This document shows, one piece after another, positions 6,541 through 13,034 of a stretch of DNA of 21,318 nt. Every line of letters begins with the position of its first letter. Position 1 is the stretch's first letter. Origin of the DNA: Minisyncoccota bacterium (GTDB taxonomy: Bacteria > Patescibacteriota > Minisyncoccia > Phycocordibacterales > UBA12079); NCBI GenBank assembly GCA_023129575.1, contig JAGMBS010000007.1, positions 1 through 21,318 on the forward strand, in the 5' to 3' direction. A program made the translations under genes and the position numbers. The notes beneath the pieces were generated by a model that saw only the letters and a program-made list of their open reading frames with translations, was not told the origin of the DNA and searched no databases.

Positions 6541-7653
6541 TTATTTCTCCATTAAAAATAAATATTCGTGATATTTACTGTCATCAGCAATCCAATCATT
6601 TGTCCAACACATATTTGCCATAACATTTTTTTTATAATCTATCTCAACAATTTTTAACAATTTTCCTGATTCGTTGATTATATCGCTCAATTCTTGTTTC
6701 GTGGCTCTGCCGCCGGAACTATATGATAATAAAATATAACGAGCGTCTATTTCTTGAATTAATTTATGCAATGCTTTCATCGCAAGAAATTTTTTGTCTT
6801 TATCTTTTCTAAATTCTTCAAACACAGAAGCAGAAATTTTATCCCTGCTATCTATCCGGCGATTTACTTTTCCAAACACAGTTGGTTTGTCGTGTTTAAT
6901 AATTGTGGTCCAAATATGATAATAGGAAGTATACCTCACACGGCTTGGCGGCATCTTTTCATTATTTGAACCATACGGAGGATCTAAATAAACAAAATCA
7001 AATTTATTTTTTGACACGGTATTAAAAATATCATCACAAATTATTCTATGTCCGCCATTGTGATCAAAACGATTAGGTAACTTCAAAAATAAGTTATTGT
7101 AAGAACGAGGAGACCACTGCGATAAATATGATACATAATGCCCAAGAGTGCTATCAACCGAATCAAGCGCATAGATTAAACTTGTTAAAATTACACACTT
7201 ATCTTCCCATTGTAAATTTAATTTTTCGACTTCCTTCCTAATAGCGTCCAATTTTCGAGTGTTTTTTGCTTGAAATGGCCGTTTTGTTCCTGTCAATTCC
7301 GCTCCATAATGTTCGGTGTACCAACCATCATATCCCTCTAAATTATTTAGATGATTTATTATTTTTTGATAAAAACCGTCTGTTTTTTTTGATTTCAAAT
7401 AACAAGTCGCAAAAACCTCTGACCAAATTGCAATATCATTTGAAGTTGTGTCATATCCTAATTGAGCAAACGCTTGAGATACTCGCGTAGAACCGCTAAA
7501 TCCATCCAGCACATTTTTGATTCCGTCCAACCCACTCATTATATCAATAATGTACGGCAAAATTTTGAGTTTTGAACCGGCATATTTTATACCCTCTGTT
7601 TGTGGAATTATTGGAATAGGCGTGTTAAAAATATTTAATTGCTCAGTAATCAT
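6541..7653 (-). CDS. DNA N6-adenine methyltransferase, D12/Dam-like (alpha) class
   Basis: KYAGSKLKILPYI matches the Dam KWAGGKxxLL motif. DGFSGSTRV is an FxGxG-like AdoMet motif. FVYLDPPYGSN is the DPPY catalytic motif IV. The start overlaps the stop of the upstream ORF by 4 nt. Confidence 0.85.
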   Translation of the reverse strand: MITEQLNIFNTPIPIIPQTEGIKYAGSKLKILPYIIDIMSGLDGIKNVLDGFSGSTRVSQAFAQLGYDTTSNDIAIWSEVFATCYLKSKKTDGFYQKIINHLNNLEGYDGWYTEHYGAELTGTKRPFQAKNTRKLDAIRKEVEKLNLQWEDKCVILTSLIYALDSVDSTLGHYVSYLSQWSPRSYNNLFLKLPNRFDHNGGHRIICDDIFNTVSKNKFDFVYLDPPYGSNNEKMPPSRVRYTSYYHIWTTIIKHDKPTVFGKVNRRIDSRDKISASVFEEFRKDKDKKFLAMKALHKLIQEIDARYILLSYSSGGRATKQELSDIINESGKLLKIVEIDYKKNVMANMCWTNDWIADDSKYHEYLFLMEK

Positions 7654-8513
7654 AATGTTTTTAAATGATCAATATCTTTTTGCAAAATATCATTTGCCAA
7701 TTTGTGTCCTTGTCTGGTGCTATTTAACGCTAGACCGAATAATCGGACAAGGGTGTGATTGTGAGAATAATCTATCCATCCGTTTGTTAATGAATCAAAA
7801 TAAAATTTGGCTTTCTGAGTATGTGTCCACAAACCCCGTTGCAAAGCATTCGCGGAAGCCCCACCGTATCGAACTTCACAAATATAATTACCGTCCGAAT
7901 CAATAAACATAAATATCGGGTGTTTTCTTCCTTTTCTTTTTATGACACTTTGCTTTGAAAAATCAAATTTTTTATTTTTACCAACAAAAATAATCCGTTG
8001 AGTTTTTCGTATCGCTTTTTTGTGGTCAAAAATCATTATATTGCATCTCTGATTTTTTTCATCATAAATAAGCGGCATAATATTGATTGCGTTAAAATCC
8101 TCAAATTCTTTCGCCTTAAAAATTTGCCCGATTTGTTTTTTGTCCTTTATATCTCGGCCTTGCAATACAAGAAATGGAAATAATTTTTGACGGCTATCTG
8201 TTGAAAGTTGAAGAGGGCCATCACCGTACGCCTTTAAACTCACGGGAAATTCCGCTTTTGTTATTTCGTTTATAATTACAATATCTTCCTCGTGTTCTTT
8301 CGCTCGAAATTTATCTTTACCGACATGCATACTTCTAAAGTCATACATAAATTGATTGATAAATTCAACCATGCCAATTTCCGCCAAATCGCCATGTGTT
8401 TTATTCCCGATCAAACGCATAGTAAAAATGTTGGAAAGTGTATTAATTACCAAATGTTTTTGTTTTCCAACTAATAACTTAAATCTTGTTTTAAAATCTT
8501 TGTATGTTGCCAT
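7650..8513 (-). CDS. putative type II restriction endonuclease partner of the Dam-like methyltransferase; family not recognised
   Basis: 287-aa ORF translationally coupled to the methyltransferase by a 4-nt overlap. No similarity to any known family was recognised by eye, including the DpnII/MboI family. The role is assigned by gene context only. Confidence 0.45.
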   Translation of the reverse strand: MATYKDFKTRFKLLVGKQKHLVINTLSNIFTMRLIGNKTHGDLAEIGMVEFINQFMYDFRSMHVGKDKFRAKEHEEDIVIINEITKAEFPVSLKAYGDGPLQLSTDSRQKLFPFLVLQGRDIKDKKQIGQIFKAKEFEDFNAINIMPLIYDEKNQRCNIMIFDHKKAIRKTQRIIFVGKNKKFDFSKQSVIKRKGRKHPIFMFIDSDGNYICEVRYGGASANALQRGLWTHTQKAKFYFDSLTNGWIDYSHNHTLVRLFGLALNSTRQGHKLANDILQKDIDHLKTL

Positions 8514-8761
8514 AATTATTTAATTAAATTTTAAATCTTTATTTTCCTCTTTTTCAACTTCATCAATTTCTTCAATATCATCACGGTCAATATCCAATGC
8601 CTCCGCTATTGTCTCAAAAAACATTCCTTGTTCTCTCAATTCCTCGCAAGTTTCGGATAAGCATTTAATTTGAATTGTTATTTTATCCACAATTTTTAAT
8701 TAAAAAAATGATTAAATCTTTAACAAAGTTGATAATAGTATAGCATATTTTTAATTTCACC

Positions 8762-8785
8762 AACGGCTCAACTCGTTGAGCTGTT
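8762..8785. repeat. near-perfect 24-nt palindrome AACGGCTCAAC-TC-GTTGAGCTGTT, a copy of the 765-788 element
   Basis: 23 of 24 positions identical to 765-788. Lies about 250 nt upstream of the R gene. Confidence 0.55.
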
Positions 8786-8819
8786 GGGCAAAAGGTTCGC
8801 GCAAAGCGCGCAATCTCAT

Positions 8820-8869
8820 CACAACGATTTTCCCAAATAGCTCAATCGCTATTTGGGAAAATCGTTGTG
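8820..8869. repeat. perfect 22-bp inverted repeat with a 6-nt loop (CACAACGATTTTCCCAAATAGC tcaatc GCTATTTGGGAAAATCGTTGTG)
   Basis: Exact reverse-complement arms. No U-run on either side, so not a classical terminator. Preceded by a GCGC-aaa-GCGC mini-hairpin at 8799-8809. Confidence 0.6.
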
Positions 8870-8996
8870 GGTAACCTCATGCTGGAACCATATTTTGTTA
8901 AGTCCAGTAAGGTTATTTTTAATAGATTTATTTTATCACTTCGAAGGTCCTCGTGCACCTTTTCTTTTTTAGTTTTGACTTAAGACATGTAAATTA

Positions 8997-9611
8997 CTAG
9001 TCGATTTTAATTTCGTGTATCCATGTGTTGTTAGGCGAAATTGTTGAGTAAACAAAGGTTCTATGCTCTGTTTCATCTTCAGTGTTAGTTTTGTAGTAAA
9101 TTGGCAGGGCTAATGGGAATGATAAAATGTTTTCATTAAATTTTTTAAAATTATCAGCAATTTCTTCTTCTGTTAATTCGCCCATCCTCACTTTAAGGAC
9201 TATAAAAAATGTTTCTCCGCTTGCTAAAGCGATGGTGCCTAGTGATTTTTTATACTCAATTTTTTTCAAATCTTGAAATTGGTCTGTTCTTCCTGAAAGA
9301 GAAACACCATCCGGCATTCTTATTTCTTTGGCTGGTTGCCCACCATAATTCTTAAGCTCAAATTGAAACTCTAAAATCAGCTCTGTTTCCTGTGACTCAA
9401 TCCTTAAGTAGTTGCCTGTTTCTGAAAATTTTACAGACCGTGCCGATATATAAGGACGATTTTCTAACTCAAAGTTTTGTTGTGAAGCGGCAAAAGCATC
9501 ATTTGCAATTGTATTGCTTTTCCGAGATTCAACATAACTAAACCCTGATATAATCAAAGCGATTAAAGAAATTACTATTGGAATCCAAATTATATTTTTT
9601 TTTAATAACAT
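8997..9611 (-). CDS. hypothetical protein with N-terminal TM anchor (204 aa)
   Basis: Continuous ORF with hydrophobic helix IIWIPIVISLIALIISGF near the N-terminus. No recognised domain. Confidence 0.55.
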   Translation of the reverse strand: MLLKKNIIWIPIVISLIALIISGFSYVESRKSNTIANDAFAASQQNFELENRPYISARSVKFSETGNYLRIESQETELILEFQFELKNYGGQPAKEIRMPDGVSLSGRTDQFQDLKKIEYKKSLGTIALASGETFFIVLKVRMGELTEEEIADNFKKFNENILSFPLALPIYYKTNTEDETEHRTFVYSTISPNNTWIHEIKID

Positions 9612-9656
9612 TTTAATCTATTTAATACAAATAATTATAACGGGACCTCTAAAATG

Positions 9657-9743
9657 CGGAGAGGACAGGATTCGAACCTGCGGTGGAATTTCTTCCACAC
9701 TCGCTTTCCAAGCGAGCGCCTTCGACCGCTCAGCCACCTCTCC
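9657..9743 (-). tRNA. tRNA-Ser(GGA)
   Basis: The reverse complement reads GGAGAGG-TG-GCTGAGCGGTCGAAGGC-G-CTCGC-TTGGAAA-GCGAG followed by the long variable arm GTGGAAGAAATTCCAC, then GCAGG-TTCGAATC-CTGTC-CTCTCC-G. Anticodon is GGA. The type II variable arm fits Ser. Confidence 0.9.
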
Positions 9744-9797
9744 GTTTATATTTTAATTGTGTAACAAATTTTTTAAAATTTTCAAATTCTATTTTAA

Positions 9798-9886
9798 TTC
9801 CACCGCGGTCGAACGAGTTCGTCCACCTTTGCTTTGCTACGGATGAATGCTCCCAAGGTCTCATTCATCCGCTCAGCCACCTCTCC
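9798..9886 (-). pseudogene. degenerate tandem copy of tRNA-Ser: intact 5' 18 nt, then a hairpin in place of the D-loop 3' part and anticodon arm, then a decayed 3' half
   Basis: GGAGAGGTGGCTGAGCGG is identical to nt 1-18 of the functional gene. It is followed by hairpin GGATGAATG-(12 nt)-CATTCATCC at 9841-9870. The downstream GTGGACGAAC..CGTTCGACC is a degenerate variable/T-arm. Confidence 0.45.
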
Positions 9887-9904
9887 AATATATTTCGCTC
9901 AAAG

Positions 9905-10023
9905 ATCTCATATTATCGCCGCTTCCTTTCAGTCAGCGAACGGTGGCTTCGCGTTCGCCACATCCGCTTCGCTCCTGATAAAATATGAAGCAGTTCATAT
10001 TTTATCCACTCAGCCACCTCTCC
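9905..10023 (-). pseudogene. second degenerate tRNA-Ser copy, carrying a hairpin with the GAAGCAGTTC loop in place of the anticodon region
   Basis: The 5' end GGAGAGGTGGCTGAGTGG matches 17 of 18 positions. Hairpin GATAAAATATGAA-GCAG-TTCATATTTTATC at 9977-10006 has a 13-bp perfect stem. A downstream segment GTGGCGAACGCGAAGCCAC-C-GTTCGCTGAC is a degenerate variable arm and T-arm. Confidence 0.45.
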
Positions 10024-10049
10024 AAAATTATTTTAATTTATTCCATATT

Positions 10050-10694
10050 TTAATCTTTATAAAAACTTTCATTAAAAACAACCACGGTATTTTTGTCTAA
10101 TTCTTTTTTAGCTTTATACATCGCTTTGTCCGCTTTATCAATCAATTTTTCAATATCACATTTTTTGTCGTGTTTGGAACAATACTCCGTCATATCAACA
10201 ACGCCAAAACTGGCGCTTAATTTTTGACCCCCCGCTTTTAATAATTGGAGTTTTTTTCTTATATTTTCCACAATGTTCGTTGCCATTGCAATATCCACTC
10301 CCAGCAACCCTATTACAAATTCGTCTCCGCCCCATCTTGCCACAATATCAAATTTTCTGACAGAGGACTTAAATAATTGAGCCGCTTTGACTAATGCTTG
10401 ATCGCCAACTTCGTGGCCGTTTGTATCGTTTATTTTTTTCAAATCATCAAGATCAATAAAAATTAAGGCAAAATCTTCAAAAATTATTTTTCTTTTTTCT
10501 TGTCTTTCTTTTCGATTGGCAATTTCTTCCAATACTTTATCTATTTCCATTAAAAATCCCCTCCGATTATAAAGCGAAGTTAAAACATCGCAATTCGCCA
10601 CCGAGCAAAGTTTTTTAATTTCTTCATTTTTCTCCCTTATCTTCTTTTCCAGAAGATTAATTTTTTCTTCTAATTGTTTAGTTGTGTCTTTCAT
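10050..10694 (-). CDS. GGDEF-domain protein (putative diguanylate cyclase) with N-terminal coiled coil
   Basis: Canonical motifs LYNRRGF...DLKKINDTNGHEVGD...RWGGDEF. The ATG at 10694 (MKDTTKQ) is preferred over the TTG-initiated extension to 10748, which overlaps htpX. Confidence 0.8.
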   Translation of the reverse strand: MKDTTKQLEEKINLLEKKIREKNEEIKKLCSVANCDVLTSLYNRRGFLMEIDKVLEEIANRKERQEKRKIIFEDFALIFIDLDDLKKINDTNGHEVGDQALVKAAQLFKSSVRKFDIVARWGGDEFVIGLLGVDIAMATNIVENIRKKLQLLKAGGQKLSASFGVVDMTEYCSKHDKKCDIEKLIDKADKAMYKAKKELDKNTVVVFNESFYKD

Positions 10695-10719
10695 TTTTAA
10701 TGATGAATTTAATTTGCGA

Positions 10720-11619
10720 TTAAAATTTTTTCCCCAATAAAGCTCCAATTCTTTCTTCCACCGGCGGGTGGGTCATAAATAATTTTGCCAATAAACCGGT
10801 TGGCCGTTTTCGTTTGTAGGGATTGGAAATATACAAATGAGCCGTGGCGTGGCTGGCCCGTTTCAATGGCAAAGCGTTTTTGGATATTTTTTCCAGAGCG
10901 CTCGCCAAGCCGGACGGATTATGAGTGAGAGACGCGCCGGAAGCGTCCGCCAAAAATTCTCGTTTTCGCGAGATTGCCAATTGTATCAACATCGCCGCGA
11001 AGGGTGTCAAAATTGCCAAGACAATTCCCGCGATTGTCATTATTATTCCCGCTTGATTATCATTATTTCGACCGCCCAAACTTTTAAAAAAGGTTGCCCG
11101 CAAAAAGAAATCGGACAATAGCGAGACAAAACCGACCAAAACCACAATGAGGGTGGCAATGAGAATGTCTTTATTGGCAATATGAGAAATCTCATGAGAG
11201 AGAACTCCCTCCAGTTCTCGCCGTTCTAAGATATTCAAAAGTCCTGAGGTCACGGCAACGGCGGAATTTTTCGCGTTCCGCCCGGTGGCGAAAGCGTTCG
11301 GCGAAGCGTCATTGATAAGATAAAGTTTCGGCATTGGCAGACCAATCTGATGAATCAGCCGTTCCATTATGTCAAATAAATCCCGATTGTCCTCCCGTTT
11401 AATTTGCTTGGCGCCGGACATTTTTAGAACAATTTTATCGGAAAACCAATAACTAAAGATATTCATCAATAAACTGAAGCCGATGGCAAAATATAAGATA
11501 TTTTGATTGCCGTAAATATAAGAAAAAACCCAACCGACCCCGATTACAAAAATCAAAAAAAACGCCATCAAAAGATATGTTTTGCGAATATTTTTTGATT
11601 TTTGTTCGCGAATATTCAT
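10720..11619 (-). CDS. htpX: M48-family zinc metalloprotease HtpX
   Basis: Two N-terminal TM helices, the HEISH zinc-binding motif (SHEISHIANKD), further TM helices, and a C-terminus typical of HtpX. Confidence 0.85.
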   Translation of the reverse strand: MNIREQKSKNIRKTYLLMAFFLIFVIGVGWVFSYIYGNQNILYFAIGFSLLMNIFSYWFSDKIVLKMSGAKQIKREDNRDLFDIMERLIHQIGLPMPKLYLINDASPNAFATGRNAKNSAVAVTSGLLNILERRELEGVLSHEISHIANKDILIATLIVVLVGFVSLLSDFFLRATFFKSLGGRNNDNQAGIIMTIAGIVLAILTPFAAMLIQLAISRKREFLADASGASLTHNPSGLASALEKISKNALPLKRASHATAHLYISNPYKRKRPTGLLAKLFMTHPPVEERIGALLGKKF

Positions 11620-11714
11620 CCCGTTAGAGATAAATTGTTTTTGACAAACAAATTATCTTTTAAATTAAATTAATTAATAATATACTTTTTTTTAAACCCC
11701 GAATCTCTAACGGG
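11620..11714. repeat. MITE-like element bounded by a 13-bp inverted repeat, TCCCGTTAGAGAT ... ATCTCTAACGGGA
   Basis: The arms at 11619-11631 and 11703-11715 are perfect. The ~70-nt AT-rich interior holds a TTGACA hexamer. A related inverted-repeat pair lies at 12915-12959. Confidence 0.45.
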
Positions 11715-11716
11715 AT

Positions 11717-12310
11717 TCATTGTTTTTTAAAAAGTGTTTTTTCTTCTTTTTTTAATAACTTAATCAACTCGTCAAAATATATTTTGACCTCGGGAGACAC
11801 GGCCACTTTATCTTTTTTGCAATCAATTAACATTTGCAAAGTTACACCTTCTTGTTTAAAAGTTTTACCATTATCTGTATATACATTTAAAATTGGTTGT
11901 ATTTTATCGAGAGAATAAATAAATCTGCTTTCTTTATTTATTTTAGTTTCATAATCCTTTATAATTTTATGCAATTCAGGAAATTCAGGAAATTCTCTTT
12001 TTAATTGTCGCATTGCTTTTTTCTCTCTTTCTTCTTTACTGTTTATTTCTTTTGTATCAGTAGAATAAATATAAGTATCCCCGGCGTAAACCTCAACTAA
12101 ATCATGAATCAAGGCATATTTGAGTATTAATTCATGATTTAAATCAAGTTTTTGCGAATTTACAATATACAAAGCCAGCATCGCAAGCTGATAACTATGT
12201 TCGGTGTCATTTTCATATCTATCCTCTCCGTTTACAAGCACCCTGCGTTGTACCTGCCTAAATTTATTTAAAAGCTCCGTAAATTTTAAAATTTTTGATA
12301 AGTTCAACAT
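11717..12310 (-). CDS. HD-domain phosphohydrolase (YfbR-like 5'-nucleotidase family)
   Basis: H...HD...D metal-binding pattern: ENDTEHSYQLAMLALYI and LIHDLVEVYAGD. 197 aa. ATG at 12310. Confidence 0.75.
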   Translation of the reverse strand: MLNLSKILKFTELLNKFRQVQRRVLVNGEDRYENDTEHSYQLAMLALYIVNSQKLDLNHELILKYALIHDLVEVYAGDTYIYSTDTKEINSKEEREKKAMRQLKREFPEFPELHKIIKDYETKINKESRFIYSLDKIQPILNVYTDNGKTFKQEGVTLQMLIDCKKDKVAVSPEVKIYFDELIKLLKKEEKTLFKKQ

Positions 12311-12373
12311 AATTCAACACAAATTCTCGCTTGCCCGTCCGCCCAAGGCGGATTAGGGCTTTGCTCAAATTTG

Positions 12374-12455
12374 TGCCGGAGAGAGGACTTGAACCTCCAT
12401 GGATTGCTCCACTAGTTCCTAAGACTAGCGCGTCTACCAATTTCGCCACTCCGGC
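12374..12455 (-). tRNA. tRNA-Leu(TAG)
   Basis: Reverse complement: GCCGGAG-TG-GCGAAATTGGTAGACGC-G-CTAGT-CTTAGGA-ACTAG, long variable arm TGGAGCAATCCATGGA, GGTTCAAGTCC, CTCTCCGGC, A. Anticodon TAG; type II tRNA. Confidence 0.9.
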
Positions 12456-12597
12456 ATGTGTATTATTTAATTTTTAATATTATTGTCATATTTTCGGAAT
12501 TAGTGGAGACACTCCACTATCCCTATCGCCTGTTCCGCTCCGCTCCACATCGGCGATTTTTTGCTTCCCACCCAAGGCGGGCAGGCGCAAAAATCGG

Positions 12598-12717
12598 ATG
12601 AAAAATGAAGCAGTTCATTTTTCATTCACTCGACTAGCGCGTCTACCAATCCCGACGGTTCCGTCGGGACCCCGACTTATCGTCGGGGTTTCGCCACTCC
12701 GGCATGTGTATTATTTA
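12598..12717 (-). pseudogene. duplicated module upstream of tRNA-Leu: 14-nt upstream context, tRNA-Leu nt 1-31 with a 39-nt insertion in the D-loop, then a terminator-like hairpin
   Basis: TTCGCCACTCCGGCATGTGTATTATTTA is repeated (12441-12468 and 12688-12715). The 5' segment GCCGGAGTGGCGAA[39 nt]ATTGGTAGACGCGCTAGTC is otherwise identical to the functional gene. It ends in hairpin ATGAAAAATGAA-GCAG-TTCATTTTTCAT at 12598-12625, followed on the minus strand by CCGATTTTTG. Confidence 0.5.
12651..12689. repeat. GC-rich double-hairpin element, copy 2, inserted in the D-loop (between GCGAA and ATTGGTA) of the duplicated tRNA-Leu 5' segment
   Basis: CCCGACGG-TT-CCGTCGGG is a perfect 8-bp stem. CCCCGAC-TTAT-CGTCGGGG is a 7-bp stem. 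The intact tRNA-Leu 160 nt away lacks the insertion. Copy 1 at 1151-1188 also sits immediately 5' of ATTGGTA. Confidence 0.55.
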
Positions 12718-12760
12718 CAAAATGATACCAAAATTTTACCAAAAACACCAATTTTTTGTT

Positions 12761-12796
12761 AGTACTCCGACTACTCAATTGAGTAGTCGGAGTACT
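12761..12796. promoter_or_regulatory. perfect 36-nt palindrome AGTACTCCGACTACTCAA|TTGAGTAGTCGGAGTACT, 28 nt upstream of the -35 box
   Basis: Exact reverse-complement halves. Centred about 75 nt upstream of the predicted transcription start of the SPFH operon. A candidate operator for a dimeric regulator, or a long hairpin. Confidence 0.55.
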
Positions 12797-12823
12797 CAAT
12801 ATTGATTTTGTCAGCGCGCATAA

Positions 12824-12852
12824 TTGACAAATTGATATGTTGAGTGTATAAT
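12824..12852 (+). promoter_or_regulatory. consensus sigma70 promoter: TTGACA, 17-nt spacer, TATAAT
   Basis: TTGACA at 12824-12829, spacer 12830-12846 (17 nt), TATAAT at 12847-12852. Lies upstream of the only plus-strand operon. Confidence 0.65.
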
Positions 12853-12914
12853 TGCGGGCAGATAGTTTGAGTTTCCCTCTTTTGGGTTTGAGGAAAATTC
12901 TTTGACAATTAAAT

Positions 12915-12959
12915 CCCGTTAGAAATAAGAAACTAAAAATTTCCGTAATTTCTAACGGG
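12915..12959. repeat. inverted-repeat hairpin CCCGTTAGAAAT-(21 nt)-ATTTCTAACGGG in the 5' leader of the SPFH operon, related to the 11620-11714 element
   Basis: Perfect 12-bp arms. The arm sequence differs by one base from CCCGTTAGAGAT at 11620. Confidence 0.45.
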
Positions 12960-13034
12960 ATGAACAAAAAAACAAAAATCATTTTTGATTGAAAGCCCTA
13001 ATCACCCTTTGGGTGACGGGCAAAGGAGGAAAAA

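Noticed and set aside
8520-8624. 34-aa acidic mini-ORF (MFFETIAEALDIDRDDIEEIDEVEKEENKDLKFN) ending 6 nt upstream of the R gene start
   Set aside because: No properly spaced RBS (GGA abuts the ATG), very short, and no recognisable family. It might be a leader peptide of the R gene, but coding status cannot be supported from sequence alone.
12264-12982. ORFs 12264..12449(-), 12677..12982(-), 12989..13222(+) and 13002..13319(-)
   Set aside because: The first two overlap tRNA-Leu and its degenerate copy, or the promoter/palindrome region. The last two are low-complexity frames of the K/E-rich SPFH N-terminus and leader.
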